From: a candidate division FCPU426 bacterium
GTDB taxonomy: Bacteria; Oederibacteriota; JAAXVQ01; JAUVAV01
Length of the DNA stretch: 42,716 nt
Direction of reading: 5' to 3'
NCBI GenBank assembly: GCA_030619365.1
Contig: JAUXBQ010000001.1
Span: 1-42,716 of the forward strand
In this document: in pieces, positions 8,175 to 16,679 of the stretch
Layout: each line of letters opens with the position of its first letter
Numbering within the stretch: the stretch's first letter is position 1
Notes under the pieces: model-generated
The model's input: the letters and a program-made list of their open reading frames with translations, nothing else
What the model was told of the DNA's origin: nothing
The model's database searches: none
Made by a program: the position numbers and the translations under genes

Positions 8175-9918
8175 TCAGCACCTCTTTGGTTAAATGCGCT
8201 TTCAAAAACGCCTCGGTATCCTCGCTGGTGGTGTAGGTCAGCGCTTTCTCGGCCAGCTCCCGGCACTCGGCGAAATAGATTTCGCGGATGGTCTTTTTCA
8301 CCTGTGGCACGAAGGAGGGGCCGGTGGAAAACTCGTCCAGGCCCAGGCCCACCAGGAGCGGGGTCAGCAGGGGGTCGGCCGCCATCTCACCGCACATCCC
8401 CACCCAGATGCGCTCGTTGTGCGCGGCCTGGATGATCTGCTTGAGCAGGCGCAGAATGGAAGGATGCAGCGGGTTATACAAGTACGCCACCTTCTCGTTG
8501 ACGCGGTCGGCGGCGAGAGTGTACTGAATCAGGTCATTGGTCCCGATGGAGAAGAAGTTGGACTCTCGCGCGAGCAGGTCCGCCGTCAAGGCCGCGGACG
8601 GCAGCTCGATCATTATCCCCACTTCGAGGTTTTTGTCACAGGATATCCGGCGCCGGCCAAGCTCCCGCTGCGCCTCTTTCAGCAGCGTCTTGGCCTGGCG
8701 CAGTTCCTCCACCGTGGAGATCATGGGAAACATGACTTTCAGCTTCCCGAAGTGCGAGGCGCGCAGTATCGCGCGCAACTGGGTTTTAAAGAGCTCCGGG
8801 TTGGCCAGGCAGAGGCGAATCCCGCGCAGGCCCAGAAACGGATTCATCTCCGTGGTGGTGCCGAGCCGCGAAAGGAATTTGTCCCCGCCCAGGTCCAGGG
8901 TGCGGACAATGGTGGCATAAGGCAGGCTCTGCCGCGTGACGATCTGGTACGCCTCGAACTGTTCGTCCTCGCTGGGCAAGTCGCGGCGGTTTAAATACAA
9001 AAACTCGGTGCGGAACAGTCCCACGCCTTCGGCCCCGTATTTTCGCGCCTGGCGGATGTCTTCCGGCAGCTCGATGTTCGCGGCCACGGTCAGGCGATAG
9101 CCGTCCTTGGTCACTGCGGTGAGGCCCTTGAGTTTTTTCAGTTTGCGCGACCATTGCAGCATTTTCTGCTGGGCCTGGCGGTACCGGGCCAGCAGCTTGA
9201 TATCCGGATTGATAATCACCGTGCCCGCGGTGCCGTCCACGATGACAGTATCCCCGTTCTGTACGTTCTCGGTAATGTCTTTCAGCCCCACCACGGCCGG
9301 CAATTCCAAGGACCGGGCCATGATGGCCACGTGTGAGGTTTTTCCGCCCACGTCGGTGGTGAACCCGATGACCCGCTCGCGCCGCATGGTGGTGGTTTGG
9401 GAAGGCGTCAAATCCTTGGCCACCACGACCACGTCCACGTCCGCGTCGGATAAGAATCCCATGGGCTGGCCGGTCAGGTTGCGCATCAAGCGCGCGACCA
9501 CGTCGCTCACGTCCGTGGCCCGTTCCTTCAGGTATTCGTCCGAGGATTCCTGGAATTGCTTCACCAGTTGGCGCTTAATATCGGTGAGAATGAACTCGGC
9601 GTTGGTGCGGGTCTGGCGGACCTGTTCCATGGCGGCGTGGATCAGCATGGGATCCTGCAGAATGTGCAGGTAGGCGTTAAAGATTTCCGATTCCTTGAAC
9701 CCCACTTCCTGGGCCACCCGCTGCTTGATTGTCTCTATCTCCTTGCGCGTGGCGTCCACGGCCACCTGCAGCCGGGCCAGTTCCTTTTCGACCAGGGGCT
9801 CGGCGAGCCGGATCTTCTTGACTTGCACCTCGCTGGAGCCGACCAAATACACGGTGCCGATGGTAATGCCCGGCGAGGCGGCCACACCCTTGAATTCCAG
9901 ACTGGAACGGCTTACCAT
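8149..9918 (-). CDS. ptsI: phosphoenolpyruvate-protein phosphotransferase (PTS Enzyme I)
   Basis: Active-site His context 'GGKTSHVAIMARSLELPAVVG'; PEP-utilising signature 'FFSIGTNDLIQYTLA'. I prefer the ATG at 9918 (GGAGGT 7 nt upstream) over the ORF-track GTG at 9927. Confidence 0.9.
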   Translation of the reverse strand: MVSRSSLEFKGVAASPGITIGTVYLVGSSEVQVKKIRLAEPLVEKELARLQVAVDATRKEIETIKQRVAQEVGFKESEIFNAYLHILQDPMLIHAAMEQVRQTRTNAEFILTDIKRQLVKQFQESSDEYLKERATDVSDVVARLMRNLTGQPMGFLSDADVDVVVVAKDLTPSQTTTMRRERVIGFTTDVGGKTSHVAIMARSLELPAVVGLKDITENVQNGDTVIVDGTAGTVIINPDIKLLARYRQAQQKMLQWSRKLKKLKGLTAVTKDGYRLTVAANIELPEDIRQARKYGAEGVGLFRTEFLYLNRRDLPSEDEQFEAYQIVTRQSLPYATIVRTLDLGGDKFLSRLGTTTEMNPFLGLRGIRLCLANPELFKTQLRAILRASHFGKLKVMFPMISTVEELRQAKTLLKEAQRELGRRRISCDKNLEVGIMIELPSAALTADLLARESNFFSIGTNDLIQYTLAADRVNEKVAYLYNPLHPSILRLLKQIIQAAHNERIWVGMCGEMAADPLLTPLLVGLGLDEFSTGPSFVPQVKKTIREIYFAECRELAEKALTYTTSEDTEAFLKAHLTKEVLNGLPDNES

Positions 9919-9966
9919 GCCGCACACCTCCCGGGTCCGGATGGTCTTGCTGCCCGCGTGAACATA

Positions 9967-10236
9967 TTATTCCTTCTCACCGAATTTATTTTGAATAAGC
10001 GCCACCAAGGCCTCCAAGGCCTGGGCTTCGTCCTCGCCGCTGGTCAGCACCGTGACCACGGACCCTACGGCCGCGCCCAGGGTCATGATCCCCATAATGC
10101 TTTTGGCATTCACTTCGCGGTTGTCCTTTCGGAGTGATATCTGGCAGCGGTATTTGTTCCCGGTCTCGATAAAAACCGCCGCGGCCCGCAAATGCATGCC
10201 CAGTTTGTTTTCGATCACCACGTCGCGTTCAAGCAT
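9967..10236 (-). CDS. ptsH: phosphocarrier protein HPr
   Basis: 89 aa. His-15 context 'NKLGMHLRAA' and Ser-46 context 'NAKSIMGIMTLG', the HprK target site. Confidence 0.9.
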   Translation of the reverse strand: MLERDVVIENKLGMHLRAAAVFIETGNKYRCQISLRKDNREVNAKSIMGIMTLGAAVGSVVTVLTSGEDEAQALEALVALIQNKFGEKE

Positions 10237-10254
10237 GTCGGTTCGCGCTCTCTC

Positions 10255-11049
10255 CTATATCCATCCGAAATACGCTATGGCCACGGCCAGTCCGATCAGG
10301 CCGTAAAACAACTGGGTGGCGGAAAATCCCTTGCGCACGCCTAGAAACAACAAGCCGCTTAAGGCCAGCAAAATCCCGGTGCCCGGCCAGCGGCCGGCGA
10401 ACTCCGTGGCGCCGGATTGGAACGTGTAAATGGCCCCCAGGGCGCCCAGCATGACGGCCGTGAATATCCCGATCCGGCGCGACAAGAGCTGGGGATTAAA
10501 ACGCCGCAGGTCAGTGACAATGTCAATGCCCCGGTGAAAGCCGATCAGCACGCCGCCCACGCGCAGCCCCAGGTGCGCCACGGAAAACAAACCCAGAAAT
10601 ATGATCGGGCCCAGGAGCGCGGGCCATACCTGGCCGGCCGGCGCGGCCAGCACGAAACTCACACCCGCCAGGGCCAGCGCGGGCCTGAGCATGGCCCAAA
10701 AAACCATGTCTCCCAGCGCGGCCAGGGGGCCCATCATGCCGGACTTGACTTGGTTGGCCTGCAGGGTTTGCTGACCCGGGTTCTCGGCGGCTTCCGCTTC
10801 CAGGCGGGTTACCACGCCTAAAATGATGGAAGCGCAGTACGGATGCGTGTTAAAAAATTCCAAATGGCGCTTCAGCATGGCCTCCCGCGCCTCCCGCCCC
10901 GGCTGGAGCGCTTTCACCAGGGGGATCAGGGAAAACCCAAAACCAAGGTTCTGCATGCCCTGAAAATTCCAGCAGGACTGCAGGAAAAAGGAGCGCACAA
11001 TAATCGCCAGCAGGGTCCGGGTTTTTATCCGGGGCGCGGGGGCGCTCAT
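10255..11049 (-). CDS. PTS mannose/fructose/sorbose-family EIID component
   Basis: 264 aa from an internal ATG: 'MSAPAPRIKTRTLLAIIVRSFFLQSCWNFQGMQNLGFGFSLIPL' resembles the ManZ N-terminal signature. The ATG overlaps the IIC stop (ATGA at 11046..11049). The track ORF 10255..11793 is over-extended through the IIC gene in another frame. Confidence 0.8.
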   Translation of the reverse strand: MSAPAPRIKTRTLLAIIVRSFFLQSCWNFQGMQNLGFGFSLIPLVKALQPGREAREAMLKRHLEFFNTHPYCASIILGVVTRLEAEAAENPGQQTLQANQVKSGMMGPLAALGDMVFWAMLRPALALAGVSFVLAAPAGQVWPALLGPIIFLGLFSVAHLGLRVGGVLIGFHRGIDIVTDLRRFNPQLLSRRIGIFTAVMLGALGAIYTFQSGATEFAGRWPGTGILLALSGLLFLGVRKGFSATQLFYGLIGLAVAIAYFGWI

Positions 11050-11807
11050 CTCACCCGGCTCCTGGCTGCCAGCAACGCGCCGGCGACCATGGTCGCGGCG
11101 AGGAGCCACACTGCCTGGCCGGACCACAGCCCCAGCGCGACCCAGATCAACGCGAAGGCCGCAACCACCAGGCAGCGGATGCTGTTTTTTTCCAGCATGT
11201 CGAACAAAATCGCCAAGGGCAGCATGGGCAGCACCCAAAAAACCAACCCCAGGCCGCGCGTCACTGGCAAGGGCAACAGTCCGAATACGAGGCCGAACAG
11301 TATGGCCAGCGGCCCCAGCCAGAGCAGATAGATAACAAAATTTCGGATAAAAGCCGTAATCAGCCCGCTGAGATTGATGGCGTCGATGCTGCGCAGCCCG
11401 TATTGGTTCAGCCAGGGCTCGGCCTGCCGGGCCAGGCGGCTGTTGAAATGCCGCACCACCACGTCCAGTTTTCCGGACAGCCAGCCGGCCGGAATGGCCA
11501 CGGCCAGCGCGAAGATCAGGCACGCGCCCAGTGCTCCCCCCTGCTGGCGCATCAGCATGATGGTGAGGGCCGTGGCGATCCCGCTGGAGATGGTGTGATC
11601 CGAAGGGATGTAGGCGCCCACGGGCAATACGCCGATCCAAATGAGCTGCAGCATAGCCCCCACCAGCAGCCCGGCCGGCAGGTCTCCCAGCAAAGCGCCG
11701 ATGAGCGCACCCGCAATCAGGGGCTGGGAAATCATGAATTGCCCCACCATGGCCTGATCCAGCGCCAGCAGCGCGCCCAAAAACGATAACCACACCACGT
11801 ATTCCAA
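11046..11807 (-). CDS. PTS mannose/fructose/sorbose-family EIIC component
   Basis: 253-aa polytopic membrane protein. 'LDQAMVGQFMISQPLIAGALIGALLGD' resembles the ManY N-terminus (LD..q..rPLIA..l.G..LGD). Confidence 0.8.
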   Translation of the reverse strand: MEYVVWLSFLGALLALDQAMVGQFMISQPLIAGALIGALLGDLPAGLLVGAMLQLIWIGVLPVGAYIPSDHTISSGIATALTIMLMRQQGGALGACLIFALAVAIPAGWLSGKLDVVVRHFNSRLARQAEPWLNQYGLRSIDAINLSGLITAFIRNFVIYLLWLGPLAILFGLVFGLLPLPVTRGLGLVFWVLPMLPLAILFDMLEKNSIRCLVVAAFALIWVALGLWSGQAVWLLAATMVAGALLAARSRVR

Positions 11808-11890
11808 AACCGGTCTCCTACTTTTCTTCCCGGCCTGCCCGGCATACCCGGCATTCGCCGGGCGCAGCGCCGGGTTCCGCCGGGCAGGGC

Positions 11891-12370
11891 TTATAGGTAT
11901 TTCCGAATGTCCACAGGTTCGTCCGTGGGTACCATTTGAATGCTCACGCGAATGTTTTTCTCCAGCAGTTGCTTAAAATGGGCGACATCCTGCTGATCGA
12001 TGGCCACGGCCTTGAGAATCTGGCGCTTCCCCGGGCTGTAGCGCATGCCGCCGACGTTGACCTCGCGCACGGGCAGCCCGGCCGCCACGGCGCGGGTCAC
12101 GTCCCGCGCGGAAGAGAACAACAGCAAGACGCGCTTGCCTTTCCATTCGGCACGGTCGCAAACTTCCGCCGCTTCCTGTACGCCGCACACCTTGACTTCA
12201 AAGGCCGGGGTCGCGGTTATTTCCATGAGGCTCCGTTGCATGGGATTCTGGAGCACCTGGTCGTCCGCCACCAGCAATACGTCCGGCGTCGTGGCCTTGA
12301 CCCAGCCCACGGCCACCTGGCCGTGTATCAGGCGATCATCAATGCGTGTCAGGACGAAATGGACCGACAT
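11891..12370 (-). CDS. PTS mannose-family EIIB component
   Basis: 'LTRIDDRLIHGQVAVGW' is the EIIB-Man phospho-His signature. 159 aa. Confidence 0.85.
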   Translation of the reverse strand: MSVHFVLTRIDDRLIHGQVAVGWVKATTPDVLLVADDQVLQNPMQRSLMEITATPAFEVKVCGVQEAAEVCDRAEWKGKRVLLLFSSARDVTRAVAAGLPVREVNVGGMRYSPGKRQILKAVAIDQQDVAHFKQLLEKNIRVSIQMVPTDEPVDIRKYL

Positions 12371-12421
12371 AGGCGACTGCTCCTCCGCTTCCTGGTTTTC
12401 CGGACTTGCTTCCCGGCCGGG

Positions 12422-12850
12422 TTATTTATCCGGCTTGGGATTCAACAATTCGTTGGCGTACACGATGGCTTTCTTGCCCTTGTCCCGGACAAACTCCGTC
12501 AATTGTTCCAGGTTCATTAGCGCCCGATGCGTCACGGCCTCGATCAGCACGGGCAGGTTTACGCCCGTCACCACCTTTAGGTTGGGGAAATCATGGGTGA
12601 GCGCGAGCGCCACGTTGCTCGGCGTGCCGCCGAACATGTCCACCAGCACCAGGCAGCACTCCCGTCCCTTCTCATCGGGCTTGATGACCGCCGTCAGTTT
12701 GCGGGTCAGGTCTTCGATCCCTTCGTGCATCTCCAGACAGACCGAGTTTAAATCCTTTTGCTTGCCCACGATCAATTCGGTGGTATGTACGAATTCCCGC
12801 GCCAATTTGCCATGGGTGATAACAATGATCTGAATCACGCCGCTCGCCAC
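12422..12850 (-). CDS. PTS mannose-family EIIA component
   Basis: 'IQIIVITHGKLAREFVHTTELIVGKQ' resembles the ManX IIA N-terminus with its phospho-His. The real start may be the GTG at 12838 (AAAGGTGG 8 nt upstream). Confidence 0.8.
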   Translation of the reverse strand: MASGVIQIIVITHGKLAREFVHTTELIVGKQKDLNSVCLEMHEGIEDLTRKLTAVIKPDEKGRECCLVLVDMFGGTPSNVALALTHDFPNLKVVTGVNLPVLIEAVTHRALMNLEQLTEFVRDKGKKAIVYANELLNPKPDK

Positions 12851-12896
12851 CTTTGCGTTTAGTTGCCGGCCCCTGCGGCCGTTCCCGCCAAAAGCC

Positions 12897-14228
12897 TCAA
12901 ATTACGATTAGTTTCAGAATCACGCGGGCCAACTGATCGGGGCGGTGCCGGAAATAGTTCGTGCTGACGGCCAGACGGGCCTTGATCAGCGTAATGCCCC
13001 AGTCCTCCAGGGGGGTGGCCCCGGCCGGCACCATGACCGGTTCCGCGTCCATTTCCCGGTAACGCGCCTGCATCTCCTTGCCGGGCATTTCGGTGTTCAC
13101 CAGCATATACTGCATCAGGTCCGGGCGGGTGTGCTCCCGCACCACGCGTATGTGATCCACGGCGTTCATGCGGTCCGTTTCGCCCGGCTGGGTCATCACG
13201 TTGCACACGAAAATTTTCACGGCCCGCGAGGCCGCGATCTCCTCCGCAATGCCGGGCACCAGGAGGTTGGGCAGGATGCTGGTGTATAAACTGCCCGGCC
13301 CGAGGATGATGCCGTCCGCCTTGGCGATGGCTTCCCGGGTTTCGGGCGCGGGGCGCACGTCCTCCGGAACCAGGCGCAGTCGCTTGATCGCCTTCCGGCT
13401 CTGGCTGATGCGCGATTCGCCGGACAGGACGGTCCCGTCGGCCAATTCGGCTTCCAGCACCACGGGATCGATGGTCACGGGCAGCACTTGCCCGCTCACT
13501 GCCAGCACTTGGCTGGCCGCTTTCACGCCCGAGGCAAAATCGCCCGTAATTTCCCCCTGCGCGGTGATAAACAGGTTCCCAAAGGCGTGTCCTTCGATCC
13601 CGCCGCCTTCGCCCCGGAAACGATGTTGGAAAAGCTGGCTCATCAGCGGGCTGGTCTCGGCCATGGCGACCAGGCAGTTGCGCAAATCGCCCGGGGGCAG
13701 GGTCCGGTACTCCCGGCGCAGGCGGCCCGAACTGCCGCCGTCATCCGCCATGGTCACGATCGCCGAGATGTTTGCGCTGTACTCCTTCAAGCCCGAGAGT
13801 AAGGCCGGCAAGCCGGTGCCGCCGCCGATGGCCACCAGTCGGGGGCCGCGCTTCAGGCGTAGCCGCTTCAGGGCCACGGTGGCGTACTCTTTTTCGCGCG
13901 CCGGCATGAGCACGGTCAGGACCGAATACAACCCGCGCCGGAAAGCCAGGATCGCGCCGGCAATGCCCAAGGCCAGCAGCAGAAAATCTACGGAGCGGAG
14001 GCTCTGGATCTGCTTGGCCAAGGGCCGGATGTCAATGACCTTGACCTCAAAATTGCGAAACACGTCCCCCATCATGCCCGAGATCCCCACGCCGAGCACC
14101 ACGGCGGACAACAGCAGCAGAAGCAGCCAGCGCTTCAGCCGCACCCCGGGGTACATCCAGCGCCAGGTCAGCCGCTGCTCCCAGCGGGGATTAAGTTGCC
14201 GGCGGGTTCGGGCCGAGCGCTTAGCCAT
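12897..14228 (-). CDS. yvcK: YvcK/CofD-like (UPF0052, gluconeogenesis factor family) protein with an N-terminal two-TM extension
   Basis: 'RLVAIGGGTGLPALLSGLKEYSANISAIVTMADDGGSSGRLRREY...PPGDLRNCLVA' matches YvcK family signatures. About 125 N-terminal residues contain two hydrophobic helices (LLLLLLSAVVLGVGISGMMG and FLLLALGIAGAILAF). Confidence 0.85.
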   Translation of the reverse strand: MAKRSARTRRQLNPRWEQRLTWRWMYPGVRLKRWLLLLLLSAVVLGVGISGMMGDVFRNFEVKVIDIRPLAKQIQSLRSVDFLLLALGIAGAILAFRRGLYSVLTVLMPAREKEYATVALKRLRLKRGPRLVAIGGGTGLPALLSGLKEYSANISAIVTMADDGGSSGRLRREYRTLPPGDLRNCLVAMAETSPLMSQLFQHRFRGEGGGIEGHAFGNLFITAQGEITGDFASGVKAASQVLAVSGQVLPVTIDPVVLEAELADGTVLSGESRISQSRKAIKRLRLVPEDVRPAPETREAIAKADGIILGPGSLYTSILPNLLVPGIAEEIAASRAVKIFVCNVMTQPGETDRMNAVDHIRVVREHTRPDLMQYMLVNTEMPGKEMQARYREMDAEPVMVPAGATPLEDWGITLIKARLAVSTNYFRHRPDQLARVILKLIVI

Positions 14229-14640
14229 GCGCTTTTCTCCTCGCGGATGTTAATTCCCGGTGAAACAAGCGGACGTTTCCCGGCAGCCGCTTTTTCAGTT
14301 CCGCGGCCATTACCACGGACCGGTGCTGCCCGCCCGTGCAGCCCAGGGCGACGTGCAGCGTGGTTTTTCCCTTGCGGTGGAAGTGCGGCAGCAGAGCGCG
14401 CAGCCATTGGGCGAGCTGCTCCAGGGCGGCCAGGGCCACCGGGTGCCTGAGCAGGTAGGTCCGCACCGGACGCTGGGTGCCGTTCAAGGCGCGCAGCTCC
14501 GGCACGTAATAGGGGTTGGGCAAAAAGCGCATGTCCAGCACCATATCCGCCTCTGCGGGCAAACCATGCTTGTACCCGAAACTGCTGAGCACGACCCGCA
14601 AGGGGGCGTGCCGGGCGGATTTTCGGGCCTTGGCTCTCAC
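14221..14640 (-). CDS. rapZ: RapZ/YvcJ C-terminal-domain-only protein (no P-loop N-domain)
   Basis: 'LRVVLSSFGYKHGLPAEADMVLDMRFLPNPYYVPELRALNG...HVALGCTGGQHRSV' aligns by eye with the C-terminal half of E. coli RapZ (FESFGFKHGIP..AD.VFDVRFLPNP...GCTGGKHRSV). The maximum ORF is 146 aa (GTG at 14661). I favour the GTG at 14640, which forms a GTGA overlap with the hprK stop. Confidence 0.75.
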   Translation of the reverse strand: MRAKARKSARHAPLRVVLSSFGYKHGLPAEADMVLDMRFLPNPYYVPELRALNGTQRPVRTYLLRHPVALAALEQLAQWLRALLPHFHRKGKTTLHVALGCTGGQHRSVVMAAELKKRLPGNVRLFHRELTSARRKAHG

Positions 14641-15575
14641 CGCTCGTCCGATTGCATCCACGAAATGAGAGTCTGGTTGAACTCCCGCGCGGTGTGATGC
14701 CCGGTCTTTTTCAACCGTTGGTTCATGGCCGCCACCTCGATGATGATGGAGAGATTGCGCCCCGGCCGGACGGGAATGATAATCCGGGGCAGTTCGATCT
14801 CCAGCACTGAGTAGGTCAGTTCATCCAGGCCCAGCCGGTCGTATTCCTTTTGCTCGTCCCACTCTTCGATAGTGGTCACCAGCTCCACGCGTTTCCGGTC
14901 GCGGATGGCCCCAATGCCGAACAAGTTCTTGATGTTGATAATGCCCAGCCCGCGGATTTCCATGTGGTGGCGGATGAGTTCCGGGCCGGAGCCCATTAGG
15001 ATCCGCTCCGCGGTCCGTGTAATATCCACCAGGTCGTCGGCCACCAGACGGTGCCCCCGCTCCACCAGGTCCAGGGCGCACTCGCTTTTGCCGATGCCGC
15101 TCTTGCCCAAGATTAAAACGCCGATGCCGTACACGTCCAGCAGGGTTCCGTGCAGCGAAGTTTCCGGCGCCAGTTTGTCTTCCAGATAAATCGTGAGATC
15201 GGCAATGAGCTTGGTGGTGGGCATTTTGGAGGTGAACACCGGGGACGGCTTGCCTTCCGCGGCCTGCAGCAATTCCTCGGGTGGTTCCAGCCCCTGGGTG
15301 ATGATGAAGCAGCAGACTTCCCACTCCATCAGCTTGTTGAATATTTTTTTTGTCTGCTCCCGCCCCAGTCCCTGCAAGAACGAAAGCTCGGTGCGGCCCA
15401 GAATCTGAATGCGCTCAAAGGCGAAGTAATCGAAGTACCCGGCCAGGGCCAGTCCCGGCCGGTTAATGTCCGGCACGGTTATTCTGCGCGTCAAGCCCTC
15501 CTGGCCGGCGATCAACTCCAGGGAAAATTTTTCTTTTTGGTCCAGATAGAATTCTTCCAGCAATAAATTGATCAT
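14637..15575 (-). CDS. hprK: HPr kinase/phosphorylase
   Basis: P-loop 'LILGKSGIGKSECALDLVERGHRLVADD' and 'MEIRGLGIINI'. 312 aa, normal full length. Confidence 0.92.
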   Translation of the reverse strand: MINLLLEEFYLDQKEKFSLELIAGQEGLTRRITVPDINRPGLALAGYFDYFAFERIQILGRTELSFLQGLGREQTKKIFNKLMEWEVCCFIITQGLEPPEELLQAAEGKPSPVFTSKMPTTKLIADLTIYLEDKLAPETSLHGTLLDVYGIGVLILGKSGIGKSECALDLVERGHRLVADDLVDITRTAERILMGSGPELIRHHMEIRGLGIINIKNLFGIGAIRDRKRVELVTTIEEWDEQKEYDRLGLDELTYSVLEIELPRIIIPVRPGRNLSIIIEVAAMNQRLKKTGHHTAREFNQTLISWMQSDER

Positions 15576-15605
15576 AAGGGACTCCCGGCCGCCAGCGGGC
15601 CTGGT

Positions 15606-16070
15606 TTAGTGAGTGGCTTTTTCCTCCTCCTGGATAATCTTGACCACTTCCGTTGTGTTCTGGGCGGCGATCAATTTACGACGGATGTATTTGTCCTTGA
15701 GCAGGCCGGAGATGCGGGCCAGGGCCTTGAGATGCGCGCCGGCCGTGCCTTCCGGCGCCACCAGGAGGAAAAAGATGAACACTGGTTCGCCGTCCAGGGC
15801 CTCAAAGGGGACGCCGGACTTGGACAACCCAAAGGCCGCGGTGAGTTCCTTCACCGTGTCAGATTTGCCGTGCGGGATGGCGATACCCTGGCCGATGCCC
15901 GTGCTGCCGAGTTCCTCGCGTTCAAGTAAAATCCGCACCATTTTTTTCTTGTCGCTCACATTCCCGCCGTCCACCAGGAGTTCGGCCAGTTCCTCGATCA
16001 CTTCTTTCTTGTTCTTGGCCTTGAGTTCGACGGCAATGTTTTTTTCCGATAAAAAATCCATAATACGCAT
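15606..16070 (-). CDS. ptsN: PTS EIIA-Ntr (nitrogen-regulatory IIA)
   Basis: 'REELGSTGIGQGIAIPHGK' phospho-His signature. 154 aa. Canonical position after hpf. Confidence 0.85.
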   Translation of the reverse strand: MRIMDFLSEKNIAVELKAKNKKEVIEELAELLVDGGNVSDKKKMVRILLEREELGSTGIGQGIAIPHGKSDTVKELTAAFGLSKSGVPFEALDGEPVFIFFLLVAPEGTAGAHLKALARISGLLKDKYIRRKLIAAQNTTEVVKIIQEEEKATH

Positions 16071-16104
16071 TGTGGGGAGCCTCCTTTTTTCCTTCCGTCC
16101 GCAA

Positions 16105-16632
16105 TTAGTCTTTGGTGATCAGCTTGAAACCGCCTGCCCGGTCCTTCTGGATAACCGCCAGCTGGCCGGTCTCGATGTCTTCGAACACTAAAAAATCGGA
16201 GCGAAGTCCCTGCAATTGCAGGGCCGCCTCCTCCGCGGTCATGGGTTTTCCGCCCAGCGGCTCCATCTCGATCCGAAGCGGACGGCCGGGGGTGTCCTTG
16301 GTCTTGGCGAGCGGGGGCAGACTCCGGTCACGCGGGCGCTGGCCTTTTACCGTGGTCAGGCGCTCGTGCTGGCGCATGAGTTGATGCCCGATTTTTTCCG
16401 CCAGTAAATCGACCGATTGATACATGTCCTTGGTCACTTGTTTACCGTTCGCGAGGTACGGCCCGTCCTTGGCAATCACCTCGACCTGGTGCCGGTAGCC
16501 TTCCACGGACAGAATTACGTGCACCGAAGCCTGGGGCCCCAGAAAATTAGACCACTTCTTGAACCGTTTGCGCACGTACTGGTTAAAGGCCTTGGTTATT
16601 TCGATGTGACGTCCCGTGATGTTGAGTTTCAC
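16105..16632 (-). CDS. hpf: ribosome hibernation-promoting factor (long form)
   Basis: 'MKLNITGRHIEITKAFNQYVRKRF' S30AE/HPF N-domain plus a C-terminal extension. 175 aa. Lies immediately downstream of rpoN. Confidence 0.9.
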   Translation of the reverse strand: MKLNITGRHIEITKAFNQYVRKRFKKWSNFLGPQASVHVILSVEGYRHQVEVIAKDGPYLANGKQVTKDMYQSVDLLAEKIGHQLMRQHERLTTVKGQRPRDRSLPPLAKTKDTPGRPLRIEMEPLGGKPMTAEEAALQLQGLRSDFLVFEDIETGQLAVIQKDRAGGFKLITKD

Positions 16633-16679
16633 CGCTACTCCTCCTTGAACGCGTCCGGTCCGCGCCGGACCGCCTCTAC

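Noticed and set aside
10255-11793. Single 512-aa ORF spanning the IID and IIC regions
   Set aside because: Only the C-terminal 264 residues look like a real protein (EIID signature 'SFFLQSCWNFQGMQNLGFGF'). The N-terminal half is Arg/Gly/Ala/Pro-rich read-through, out of frame over the genuine EIIC gene 11046..11807. The ATGA overlap at 11046..11049 gives the real IID start.
14637-14661. Idea that the short rapZ-like ORF results from a frameshift in a full-length rapZ
   Set aside because: The DNA upstream is entirely used by an intact hprK with normal N- and C-termini. No alternative frame there encodes a Walker-A RapZ N-domain. The truncation is at the gene-content level, not a simple frameshift.
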